64,000 bases of DNA from contig NC_082707.1 of the NCBI RefSeq assembly GCF_030144855.1, positions 26,660,001 to 26,724,000 of the forward strand. The letters are read 5' to 3'. A model generated the notes under the pieces. That model saw only the letters and a program-made list of their open reading frames with translations. It made no database searches and was not told where the DNA came from. Origin of the DNA: Hypanus sabinus. Its lineage: Eukaryota. Below are positions 50,268 to 62,614 of this stretch, piece by piece. Position 1 is the first letter of the stretch, and each line of letters begins with the position of its first letter. The translations under genes and the position numbers were made by a program.

Positions 50268-50402
50268 GCTCTCCTGACAAAGGGTCTCGGCACGAAACGT
50301 CGACAGCGCTTCTCCCTATAAATGCTGCCTAGCCTGCTGTGTTCTACCAGCATTTTGTGTGTGTTGTTGTTTGAATTTCCAGCATCTGCAGATTTCCTCG
50401 TG
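50268..50402 (+). ncRNA. Penelope pLTR fragment with the best-preserved minimal hammerhead motif
   Basis: gctctc-CTGACAA-a-ggg-tctcgg-cac-GAAACGTC-gacagc. Confidence 0.6.
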
Positions 50403-52059
50403 TCCGCTCTCCAAATACTCATTGTCACTGATATGTGGCCTTCTCCATCCACTCTTTGGTCTGCTGTGCTCTCATCCAAGCTCTGTTGCATTTGCACTAA
50501 TTTCCATCAAGATCTTGTTACAATGTAGTAATGACTAGATAACCTATGCACAATAATTGGTTGAGATCTAATCAGGTTATTGAGCATAAATTTCTTTCTC
50601 AAGAGATTTATGGTAGGGGAACCTTTCACAACTGTTTAGTGCCTACAGGACCCAGGACAAATAGCCAAATTGAATCCAAAATTGGCTTGACAGTAGGAAC
50701 CAGAGTGGTGGTAGAGGGCTGTTTTTGTTATTGCATGCCTATAACTAGTAGTATTCTACAAGAATCAGTGCTGGGACTCTCACTGACTGTATTATCCATG
50801 AATGATTTGGTTGTGGATTTTGAAGAATAAACAGGAGTTTGTAAATGACACAAAGCTGGCGGAGTTGATGACTGTACAGGATGTGTGGATGCTGCCATCA
50901 GGCAAGAATTAAGGAGCCAGGGGACCCACACTTCAAAGGAGTTTAGATGGCATTTAATAGTAATTATTACTTATTGGAGAAGTGCAGCTGGGCTTGTACC
51001 ATCTCTAATGGGTTTGCCCATGGGAAGTTAAGATTGTTTCCCGGTTCTTAGCACATCACGCATATGATTAAAGCAAGACTTTTAAGTAAGACTGAACAGT
51101 TTTTGCTTAAACAATGGGATGTCAGGTGGGTTTTTAATTGGAAGGTGGTGATAATTACCACGAAGAGTAGGGTTGAATGTAGGAAATGGTTGATATCACT
51201 AGTTTGAGACCCAATAAATCCTGATTGCCCCTTACAACTAATCTGCTCCTGAAGTGGCTGACATCAGATCTAAGAGCCCAGAAGCAGGTCAACAGCACAT
51301 TAGGAAGTCATGGTATGGGAGGAGGAGTTGGTTGATGGGGCACAAGTTGTTTCATAAGTAAGAGGTCGGAGGCATTAGTCACATCCTTTCAGTTCCCTCG
51401 AAGGGAGAACACTTTGCTTACCTAGTATGACTTTTCCAACCACCTTTCAGTGATGCTAGTCTGTGTGAGTGCTGTTATGACTGATTGTTGTAAATATGGC
51501 ATGTCAGGGTCAGGAGCCTACTGTGTGAGGAGACTTTCTCTCTTCCTGTTCAGAAACACAGCATGGCAAACCTTGCATGAATAATTGATTTCCATCGCTT
51601 TCTGTCTCTTCAGACTCCTCTGGTTCACCCAGTGGGAAACCCATGGAGACCATGCAAGGTTAAGCCAGCAATTGAATTCTGACGAACACAAGAAAATCTG
51701 AAGATGCTGGAATTTCAAATTGAATTTTGACTAAGTCTTCTCAGATAAACCCATTAGTTTCAGAACAGTCCTTTCTGTCTGCTCAGAAGCCTGTCAGAGA
51801 AATCAAAGACAACAAAAATTGAAGACTGCAATCCTTTTATTACTGCTGCTAACCTTTGCTTGGCATATCCAGATATAAAGTACATAAATTAGAGTTGCTT
51901 TTTCTATTGTAAGGGGTTAATCTGGTGTCTGAACACTCAATGATTAACTAAAAAGGAAAGATAGTGTGTTTCCCTTCATTGCAGAAATGGCCATGGCATT
52001 TCTGCTGCTCCCTGTCACAACAGCAGTGGTGATCTCGGCCAATACTTTTCTCCAAATGT

Positions 52060-52837
52060 CATACCCAGAGAAGTGTGAGGTGGTACACTTTGGAAGGCCA
52101 AACTTCAAGGCAGAGTACAAAGTAAATGGCAGGATAATTGGAAGTGTGGAGGAACAGAGGGATCTGGGAGGTACATGTCCACAGATCTTTGAAAGTTGCC
52201 TCATAGATAGATAGGGTAGTTATGAAAGCTTATGGAGTGTTAGCTTTCATAAGTCAGGGGATAGAGTTTAAGAATTGCGGGGTAATGATGCAGCTCTATA
52301 AAATTCTGGTTAGGCCTCACTTGGAGTGCTGTGTCCAGTTCTGTTTGCCTCAGTATAGGAAGGATGTGGAAGCATTGGAAAGGATACAGAGGAGATTTAC
52401 CAGGTTTGCCTGGTTTAGAGAGTGTTCATTATGATCAGAGATTAAGGGAGCTAGGACTTTACTCTCTGGAGAGAAGGAAGATGAGAGGAGATATGATAGA
52501 GGTATACAAGATAATAAGAGGAATAGATAGAGTGGACAGCCAGTGCCTCTTCCCCAGGGCACCACTGCTCAATACAAGAAGACATGGCTTTAAGGTAAGG
52601 GGTAGAAAGTTCAAAGGGGATATTAGAGGAAGGTTTTTTACTCAGAAAGTGGTTGGTGCGTGGAATGCACTGCTTGAGCCAGTGGTGGAGGCAGATACAC
52701 TCGTGAAATTTAAGAGACTACTAGACAGGTATATGGAGGAATTTAAGGTGGAGAGTTATATGGGAGGCAGGGTTTGAGGGTCAGCAAAGCATTGTGAGCC
52801 AAAAGGCCTGGAATGCGCTGTATTGTTCTATGTTCTA
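52060..52837 (+). mobile_element. CR1 3' end
   Basis: PEKCEVVHFGR, PHLECCVQF, FFTQKVVGAWNAL; (TTCTATG) tail. Confidence 0.93.
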
Positions 52838-53329
52838 TACGAATATGCTTATCATCTGAACATATCGAAGTATTAGGTGTGCTCCTGGATTCCAACAGAC
52901 TCAGGCATGGGAACAGTCCCTCTGAATGACACCAAGTGCTGGGCATGGAGTGATTCTGGCATGAACTTGTCAGCGATAGCTGTTAATGAAACTGTAAAAG
53001 GGGTTCCGTTTAAGAGCTGGCTCATGCTGGCATATGATCAGAGTCAGACCAACGTACCGATGTTGAATGCAATCCAGGAATAATTGTCATTGTCATTAGG
53101 TTGGGCAGGTTCCAATGAGGAATAGCTCATGTACCTCTATGCACCTTCCTGCTACAGTGCAGTGTGGAGCCACTCCCGTGGGAATGTATTGTTTTGAGAC
53201 AGGCTTGATTCCCACATTGAAAGTCACGTACTGGGTGTACAGCTCACGTGCCTAGTCTTGACTCTTCATGAGTTGGTTGGGCTGATGTTACTATAGGACC
53301 ATAAGACAGTCAATGTTTTGGGTCAAGAT

Positions 53330-56012
53330 TTTTCATAAGATTTAGGAACAGAATTAAGCCATTTGGTCCATAGAGTCTGCTCCACCATTTCATCATGGCT
53401 GATCCAATTTTCCTCTCAGCCCCAATCTCCTGCCTTTTCCACATATTCCCTCATGCCCTGGCCAATCAAGAATCTATCAACTTCTGCCGTAAAGATTTGG
53501 CCTCCACACTGTCTCTAGCAAAGAATTCCACAGATTCACCACTCTCCGGCTAAAGAAATTCCTCCTCATCTCCATTCTAAAAGGACATCCCTCTATTGTG
53601 TGGCCATGTCCTCTGATCTTAGACTCACCCACTGTACGAAATATCCTCTCCACATCCACTCTATCAAGGCCTTTCACCATTCGATGAGTTTCAGTGAGGT
53701 CACCCTCATTCTTCTGAGTTCTGATTGAATTTTTTGAGGATGTGACTAAACACATTGATGGACATAGAGCAGTAGAAGTGGTGTATATGGATTTCAGCAA
53801 GGCATTTGATAAGGTATCCCATGAAAGGCTTATTGAGAAAGTAAGGAGGCATGGGATCCAAGGGGACCTTGCTTTGTGCATCCAGAATTAGCTTGCCCAC
53901 AGAAGGTAAAGAGTAATTGTAGATGGGTCATATTCTGCATGGAGGTCGGTCACCAGTAGAGTGTCTCAGGGATCTGTTCTGGGACCCCTTCTCTTTGTGA
54001 TTTTCATTAATGACCTGGATGAGGAAGTGGAGGGATGGGTTAGGAAATTTGCTGATGACACAAAGGTTGGGGGTGTTGTGGATAGTGTGGAGGGCTGTCG
54101 CAGTTCACAGCAGGACATTTATAGGATGCAAAACTGGGCTGAGAGGTAGCAGATGGAGTTCAACTCAAATAAGTGTGAGGTGGTTCATTTTGGTAGGTCA
54201 AATATAATGGCAGAATATAGTATTAATGGTATGTTTCTCGGCAGTGTGGAGGATCAGAGGGATCTGGGGGTCCAAGTCCATAGGACACTCAAAGCTGCTG
54301 CACAGGTTGACTCTGTGGTTAAGAAGGCATACGGTGCATTGGCCTTCATCAACTGTGGGATTGAGCTTAAGAGCTGAGAGGTAATGTTACTGCTTTATAT
54401 GACCCTGGTCAGACCCCACTTGGAGTACTGGGCTCAGTTCTGGTCGCCTCACTATAGCACGGACGTGGAAACTATAGAAAGGGTGCAGAGGAGATTTACA
54501 AGGATGTTGCCTGGATTGGGGAGCATGCCTTATGAGAATAGGTTGAGTGAACTTAGCTTTTCTCCTTGGAGTGAAGGAGGGTAAGAAGTGACCTGATAGA
54601 GATGTATAAAATGATGAGAGGCATTGATTGTAAGGATAGTCAGAGGCTTTTTCCCAGGGCTGAAATGGCTAGCACAAGAGTGCACAGTTTTAAGGTGCTT
54701 GGAAGTAGGTACAGAGGAGATGTCAAGGGCAAGCTTTTTATGTAGAGGGTGATGAGTGCATGGAATGGGCTGCCAGCAACAGGGGTGGAGGCGGATATGA
54801 TAGGGTATTGTAAGATACACCTGGATAGGTATATGGAGCTTAGGAAAATAGAGGGCTATTGGCAACCCTAGGTAATTTCTAAGGTAAGTATATGTTTGGC
54901 ACGGCATCGTAGGCTGTATTGTGCATTAGGTTCTCTATGTTTCTATGTTTATAGTGAATACAGGCCCAGGGTCATCAAATGTTCCTCATATAATAAGCCA
55001 TTCAATCCTGGAATCATTTTTGTGAACCTCCTTTGAACCCTCTCCAGTTTTAGCACATCCCTTGTAAGATAAGGGCTGCGAAACAGCTCACAATACTCCA
55101 AGTGAGGCTTCACTAGTGTTTTATAAAATCTTAACATTACATCCTTGTTTTTATATTCTAGTCCTCTTGAAATGAATGCTAACATTACATTTGCCCTCCT
55201 CACCACAGACTCAACCTGCAAATTAATCTTGAGGGAATCCTGCACAAGGACTCCCATCGCTTTGCACTTCCATTTGTCATATTTTCTCTCCACTTAGAAA
55301 ACTGTCAACCTTTTCATTTCTTCTACCAAATAACACCACTAGACTCTGGCAGCCAGTCAGAAAAGGCTCCCTTTAATTCCACTCTTTGCTCCCTTGCAAT
55401 CAGCCACTGCTTTATCCATGCTTGAATCTTTCCTGTAGTACAATGGAATTGTAGCTTGTTAAATTTGTCAAAGGCCTTCTGAAAACCCAAGTATGCAATA
55501 TCAACCGATTCTCATTTGTCTATCCTGCTTTCTATTTTTTCAAAGAATTCCAACAGATTTGTCAGGCAAGATTTTTCCTTACTGACTTTTATCAAGTAGA
55601 CTGAGACCTCATCCTTAATAATCAACATCTTCCCAATCACTGAGGTCAGACTAATAGGCCTATAGTTTCCTTTCTTTTTTCCTTTCTTGAAGGGTGGAGT
55701 AACATTTACAGTTTTCCGGTCTTCCGGAAACATTCCAGAATCTAGTGATTATTGAGAGATCATTACTAATGTCTTCACAATCTCTCCAGCCACCTCTTTC
55801 AGAACCTTGGTGTGTACACCATCGGGTCCAGGCGACTTATCTACCTTCAGACCTTTCAGTTTCCCAAGAACCTTCTCTGTTGTAATGACAACTTCACACA
55901 CTTCCTGACACCTAGAACTTACATCATACTGCTGGTATCTTCCACAGTGAAGGCTGATGCAAAATACTTATTCAGTTTGTCCACCATTTCCTCGTCCTCC
56001 ATTGCTACCTCT
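53330..56012 (-). mobile_element. CR1 (53330-53721 + 54951-56012) split by an opposite-strand CR1
   Basis: attcttctgagttct|agtgaatacaggccc is contiguous CR1 sequence across the insert; GNYRPISLTS, PHLEYC. Confidence 0.85.
53722..54950 (+). mobile_element. CR1 3' portion nested in another CR1
   Basis: DFSKAFDKV, QGSVLGPLLF, KFADDTKVGG; (TTCTATGT) tail. Confidence 0.92.
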
Positions 56013-56015
56013 GGA

Positions 56016-56634
56016 TACCTGGGGTATATCATGCCATATGTGTATTGCATTGATGATCTGGCTGACCACCTAAGCCACAAGTAGAAATGTTAGAAAAGGG
56101 ATAACACGGAGGCCGATCAGTTCTGGGTAACAGTTTTTTCCCCTGTATAGTACTGCCCTGTTATAAAGGGCAGTCATTCTGATGGCCTCATTCACGGAAG
56201 CTTTAGCAAATGTTACTGCACAGGTGTTGGCTTGGCTTTCAGTCGAGACAGTAGCACTGAGGACAGTGAATAGAACGGCATTGGATTACATCCTGGTAAA
56301 GGAAGGAGGTGTCTGCATGATAATAGGCCATGAGTGCTGTACGTACATCCCTGATGAGTCACAGAATATAACAGATTTGCTTGGCCATATCCAATGGTCA
56401 ATTGAAAAGATACACACTGTAGGATATCAGTTCTATAAATATTATACTCTGGGAGGGAGTTGATGCCCCTTTGGAGCACCAGGAGGCTGGTGGGCTACTG
56501 TAGTGCACTGAAGTGCTACTACAGCTATTTTGCTTTCATGTTAGTCGTTTTGCAATTTGCTTGTAGTAATATGGCGGTGCATCCACAGGTTGCCTGCAGG
56601 CCGGTGTGACAGGGTTGTGACATTTGAGGGGTGA
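56016..56634 (+). pseudogene. env: Endogenous retrovirus envelope remnant (SU end, furin site, gamma-type TM ectodomain, membrane anchor)
   Basis: LRTV-NRTALDYILVKEGGVCMIIGHECCTYIPD = immunosuppressive domain + CX6CC; decayed R-Q-K-R at 56088-56099; hydrophobic segment before the stop. Confidence 0.9.
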
Positions 56635-56636
56635 AG

Positions 56637-56940
56637 TGTATTGTAAAGGGTTAATGTTTGTGCTTGTAAATGTCTTCACCACTACGGCCTTGAGCTTATG
56701 TGATCGGGATCATGAGAATGTAATACACTGTGGGAATACAACCATGAGAATATGTAAGTCAGGAGAACACAGTGGTGACAAGTGATGACTGGTTCTGGCG
56801 TGCTGGTCCACTTACTGCAGCAGTTCATACTAGTGGAGTAGGTATAAAGTAGGTGGGCAGAGAGATTGGGGGTAGTTTCCCAGGGCAGAGAGATTGGGGG
56901 TAGTTTCCCGGGGCAGGGAGATTGGGGGTAGTTTCTCAGG
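56637..56940 (+). mobile_element. ERV 3' LTR (3' end unresolved) after PPT GAGGGGTGAAG (56626-56636)
   Basis: TG start directly after the PPT, TATA-like gtataaag at ~56842, 3x28-bp tandem repeat 56855-56938. Confidence 0.65.
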
Positions 56941-57043
56941 GCTTCAATGTATGCTGGAATGCGAACAGTGCCATAGATAGGGTAAAGTGGCAGATGTACT
57001 GCAGTGAGAGGGGCCTGTGAACAAATAGGTAAGGGTCTTAATG

Positions 57044-57142
57044 CAACACACACAAAATGCTGGAGGAACTCAGCAGGTTGGGCAGCATCTACAGAAATGA
57101 ATGAACAGCAGATGTTTCAGACCAAGACCCTTCTTCAGGACA
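57044..57142 (-). mobile_element. Penelope pLTR fragment with a hammerhead core
   Basis: Minus strand gtc-CTGAAGA-agggtcttggtct-GAAACATC-tgctg. Confidence 0.7.
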
Positions 57143-58065
57143 ACATTTTAAGGCTTGCTATTCTGTCTAAATAAATTAAATTTTGTAGTTTTAAGTAGAT
57201 CATTGGAATGTGTGTCTTTCTGACTTACTGACCTGAACCTCAAGCGTTTTGGTATAACATAACATTCTTAATATATTTCCATTTTCAACATTTAACATCA
57301 GAGGAACAATGGGAAAAGATGCCAGTGGAGGAACCTACCCAAAACTCATTTCACATTGGTTAATCATCTAGTTTTCATAGGGAGCACATGGTTAAAATTA
57401 TCTATTTTATATTTTGAAGAGTAAAATGAAACAGGCTAATTTATTGTGTAGTAACAGGATATGATTATCAGTTAAACACAGGCTATTGAGATTTCTTGTA
57501 TCACACTTCTCACAAACCCACAGTGAAAGCGGCAGGCTAACTCAGTACAAAATTCACTTATTTATAGGCAGTCAGCAGCAATTTCAACAACCTCAGTAGG
57601 AATAACAGGAACACCACCAGCATTTTAATCCTTAATAGTACTCACTTCCTAATGACACATTTCACAACATTACTCTTTAAGGAGCCAATAAATCATATTA
57701 GTGGGCAGGAAAATTTGCCTGAGAAGTAAGTCATGACTAACTGTTGCTAGGGCACAATCAGATTCTGAAAAGACAATTAAGATATAATAGCTATTTTCCA
57801 CAGGGACCACTGCATACTTGCAGGCTAACCACGTTGGGAGTCTCCTTACATTTGTCGATCAGATCAAAATGAGCTGGAAGATATTATGGATGATTTTCAA
57901 AGCTTGTCTTTAATTCTGTTTAGGCACATTAGAAACTCTCGCCACAGAGAAGTCACTTATACATCTGCTCCACTAAATGTTAATAGTTTAATAGAACAGG
58001 TTTTGGGAAAATGTGTAAGACATTTCAATTTGATAAGATCCTGCAGGAAGATGAGGAAATATGTA

Positions 58066-61000
58066 CATAGTGGCCACTTTATTAGGCACCTCCTGTACCT
58101 AATAAAGTGGCCAGAGTACATGTTTGTGGTCTTCTGCTCCTGTAGCCCATCCAGTTCAAGGTTTCAACGAGCTGAGCATTCAGAGACGCTCTTCTGCACA
58201 CCAATGTTGCAACAGAGCAAGGAGATAAATTGACCGCAGAGGCAAAATTCAAAAGGGTGAAGAATGCAGGACCCAAAGGTGCTGTATTTAAATGTGTGTA
58301 GCATTCAGAATAAGGTGGATGAACTCGTGGCGCAATTACATATTTATCGGTATGGTGTTATGGGCATCACTGAGTCGTGGCTGAAAGAAAGCCATAGTTG
58401 GGAGCTTAACATCAAGGGATATACTCTTTAATTCACTTTATTACAGAGGCAGGAAGGCATAGGCGGCGGTGTGACTCTGCTGGTAAGAGATGGAATTACA
58501 TTGTTAGAAAGAGGTGACTTAGGGTCAGAGAATGTTGAATCTTTGTGGGGGGTGTCAAGAAACTGCAAGAGTAAAAAAAACATAATTGGAATCATATTCA
58601 GGCCTCAAAATAGTAACCAAGATGTGGGGCTTAGATTGCAAAGGGAGCTGGAAAAGGCAGGTAATAAGGGTAATGACACAATTGTAATGGGGGATTTCAA
58701 CATGCAAGGGGATTGGGAAAATGAGGTTGATGTCAGATCACAAGAGAGGAAATTTCTTGAATGCCTACAAAATCTACAAAATAGCTTTTTAGAGCAGCTT
58801 GTGCTTGAGCCTACTTAGGGAAGGGCTATCTTAGATTGGGTATTGCGTAATAACCAAATCTTATCAGGGAAGTTATTGTAAACGAACTCTAAGGATTGAA
58901 TACTTACTGCAGTTTGAGAGGGAGAAGCATAAATCACATGCATCAGTATCAATGGAATAAAGGGAATTCCAGAGGCATGAGAGAGGAGCTTGCCCAGAGG
59001 AGGATGCTGGCACGGGTGAAGGCAGAGCAGAGATGGCTGAGGTTTCAGGGAATAGTTCACAAAGCGCAGGCTACATATGTCTCACAGAGGAAGAAGTTCC
59101 CAAATGGCAGAGGTAGGCAACCATGGCTGATGAAGGAATTTAAGGGCTGCATAAAATACAAGGAAAGGGCATATAAGGTAGCAAAAGTGAGTGGAAAGTT
59201 GGATGATGGGGACACTTTTAAAGTCCAACAAAAAAAAGACAACTAGAAAAACTATAAGAAGGGAAAAGATGAAATAAGAGGGCAAACTAGTCAATAATAT
59301 AAAGCAGGATACTGAATTTTTTTTCAGTTGTGTAAAGAGAAAAAGGGAAGCGAGAGTTGATATTGTACCAGTGGAAGATGTTGCAGCTGAGGTAGTAATG
59401 GGGGACAAAGAAATGGCAGATGAACTTATTGGGTATTTTGCATCAGTCTTCACTGTGGAAGACGCTAGTAGTGTCTTTAGGAAGGAAGGCAAAAGAAAGG
59501 AAATTATAGTCCAGTTAGCCTAACCTCAGTGGTTGGGAAAGTTTTGGAGTCGATCATTAAGGATGAGGTTTTGGGGAAAATGGAGACTAATGATAAGATG
59601 AGTTAAAGTCATCATGATTTCTGTGAAGTGTAATCTTGTCTGACAAATCTGTTAGAGTTCTTCAAGGAAACAACAAGCAGGGTGGAGAAAGGAGAGGCAG
59701 TGCATGTCATTTACTTGGATTTTCAGAAGGCATTTGATATGGTGCCACTCATGAGGCTGCTAAGCAAGATAAAATCCTATGGCCTTACAGGAAAGATACT
59801 GGCATTGATAGAGGAATGGCTGACAGGCAGGAGGCAGCGAGTGGGAATAAAGGGGGCCTTTTCTGGTTGGCTGCTGGTAACTAGTGGTGTTCCTCAGGGG
59901 TCAATATTGGGACCACTACTTCACACATTATTTGCCAGTGATTTAGATAATAGAATTGATAGCTTTGTTGCAAAGTTTGCGTTGATACAAAGATAGGTGA
60001 AGAGGTAGGTAGTGCTGAAGAAGCAAAGCAATTGCAGCAAGTCAGACAAATTGGAAGAATGGTTAAAAAAATGGCAGATGGAATACAGTGTTGGGAAATG
60101 TATGATAATGCATTTTGGTAAAAGGAACAATAGTGCACTTTATTATTTAAATAGGGAGAAGTTTCAAACATCAGAGGTGCAGAGGGACTTAGCAGTCCTC
60201 GTGCAAGATTCCCAGAAGGTTAATTTACAGGTTGAGTCTCTGGTAAAGAAGGCATATGCAATGTTGGCATTTATTTCAAGGGGAATAGAATATAAAAGCA
60301 AGGAGATAATGTGGAGGCTTTATAAGACACTAGTCAGGCTGCACTTGGAATATTGTCCACAGATTTGGCCTCATATCTCAGAAAGGATGTGATCTCAATG
60401 GAGAGAGTCCAAAGGAGGTTCACAAGAATGATTCCAGGAACGATGGGGTTAACATATGAGGAGTGTTTGCTAACTTTAGGCCTGTACTCACTGGAATTTA
60501 GAGGAATGTGGGGGGTAGGGCAGGGGGGTGGGGAATAGAATCTCATTGAAACCTACCAAATGTTAAAAGGACTAGATAGAGCGGAGGTGGAGAGTATCTT
60601 TCTATGGTGATTGTATCCGGAACGAGAGGGCACAGCGTCAAATTTGAGGGGCAGCTTTTTAGAACAAAGATAAGCAAGAATTTTTTTAGCCAGAAAGTAG
60701 TGAATCTGTGGAATGCTCTTCCACAGACTACAGTGGAGGCCAAGTCCATGGATATATTTAAGGCAGAAATTGTTAGTTTCCTGATCAGTCAGGGCATCAA
60801 ATGATATGGCGAGAAGGCAAGTGTATGGGGTTGAGTAGGATCCGGGGTCAGCCATGATGAAATTGTGGAGCAGACTTGATGGGCTGAATGGCCTAATCCT
60901 GCTCCTATGTCTAATGGTCTTATGGTAATATGTCTTATTAGTTTATTCTTGTCACCTTGAACCAGTCTGGCCATTCTCCTCTGACCTGGCTCATTAGCAA

Positions 61001-61334
61001 GGCATTTTTTCCCACAGAACTGATGCTCACTGGATACTTCTTTTGTTATTCACATGATTCTGTACAGTCTAGAGACCATTGTGCTTGAAAACCTCAGATC
61101 AGCATTTTCTGAGATACTCAAACCACCCATCTGGCATCAGCAATCATTCCATAGTCAAAGTCACTTAGAACACATGTCTTCCTCATTCTGATGTTTTGAT
61201 CTAAACATCAGCTGAACTTTTTGAACGTGTGTGCGTGCTTTCATACATTGAGCTGCTGCCACATGACTGGCTGATTAGATATTTGCATTATCAATCAGGT
61301 GTTTCAGTGTACCTAATAAAGTGGCCACTAAGTG
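58066..61334. mobile_element. Non-autonomous Tc1/mariner element split by a CR1 insertion
   Basis: TIRs ta|catagtggccactttattagg and cctaataaagtggccactaagtg|ta with TA flanks; internal parts 58066-58210 and 60930-61334. Confidence 0.8.
58212..60928 (+). mobile_element. Long degraded CR1 ORF2 (APE endonuclease through RT and 3' tail, internally deleted)
   Basis: LYLNVCSIQNKVDEL, GITESWL, IVMGDFN, YLDFQKAFD, GVPQGSILGP; cttatgg tail. Confidence 0.93.
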
Positions 61335-62194
61335 TATCTACCCTTGCAAATATGACAACGATCAAAAAGAACATAGAACTGTACCGTAAGGGACAGAGAC
61401 TGGCCTTTTGGACCATGACTTTGTACCAAGCTAGCCAAACTAATGGCAGCTAATTAAACTAATTCCAATCACCTGCCCAAGATCCATTTCCTATCCTCGA
61501 TATAGCCTATACCCCATACAATCCTTTATATCCCAATCATGTCCCCAGATAACCTCTCCACTCCAGAAAGAACAGGTCTTGCCTCTGGAGTCTCACTGAA
61601 ATTCTCAGTTGAGGGAACATCTAGCTGAGTTATCTTTGTTTTCTGTTTCTAAGTAACTCTTTGGAGTGTGTCTTTTTCTGACTTACGGAGCAGAACCGCA
61701 AACCTCTGACTAGAAATGTGCCCTGTTGGATTAGGATTAAATAGTCATTTTTCTTGTAGTTTAACTTTCTTATCCTGGCTTATAAGTTTGTATAATCACT
61801 TGTCTGCTTGTAAATGTTCAGTGGATTTTCAGTAACTTGTACAATAGCTGGTTCCAGATCTTTGTAGTTTCTTGGTCTGCAGCCTGCATCACACCATAAA
61901 TTGAACAATATCATTGGCTGTTTTATCAACAGAATTTTTTTCATTTGTCTAGTTTGAGCTAGTTTTCAGTATAAAAATGATTGCAACTGTTTTGTTCTTT
62001 GTCTTTCTTTGTCTTAATTCTTCAGCTCTTTCTTGATTCTTTTTGCTTGAGTTGGTTACTGTAAGTCCTTTGTTTTGAATACCTAATAAAGTGGCTGGAA
62101 CCACAAGCCTCGAGCCTCATTCTAGACTTGCAAATGACCATCTTCTCCAGATCCAGCAGCTCAATACTCGAGCTGGTGATTGACGGCAAATGTT

Positions 62195-62400
62195 TAATGT
62201 TTAGAGAAACAGCACATTAACAGGCCCTTCCTGCTCAATGAGTCCATGCCGCCCATGTATTAATAACCCACATGTCTTTGGAATGTGGAAGGAAACTGGG
62301 GCACTCAAAGGAAACCCACGTGGTCACAGGGAGAATGTACAACTCCTTTCAGGATTCACAGGTTACTGGTGCAGTAAAGCATTACATTAACTGGTAGGGC
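62195..62400 (-). mobile_element. V-SINE copy (degraded)
   Basis: gtctttggaatgtggaaggaaactggggcactcaaaggaaacccacgtggtcacagggagaatgtac. Confidence 0.75.
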
Positions 62401-62614
62401 ATATTCTGGAGTTATTTGAATATAGCAGATATTAAATCAAGCAAGAACCAGTCTTCAGTTTTTAATGTAAATTACAAGCAAGGAGACCGCCTCTGTCTGT
62501 CAATGGAGTAGCAGTAATTTTGTGCTGCTCTTAGTTTTCTCTCTCTCTCCCCACAGCTTGAATTTTGAATTTAAAAATTTTAATTACTGATTCTTGAAGG
62601 GGAGTAATATATCT

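Noticed and set aside
56182-56463. Intact syncytin-like gene
   Set aside because: No signal peptide or SU; stops in the furin region and membrane anchor
56855-56938. CRISPR-like 28-bp repeats
   Set aside because: Head-to-tail with no spacers, in a eukaryotic LTR context
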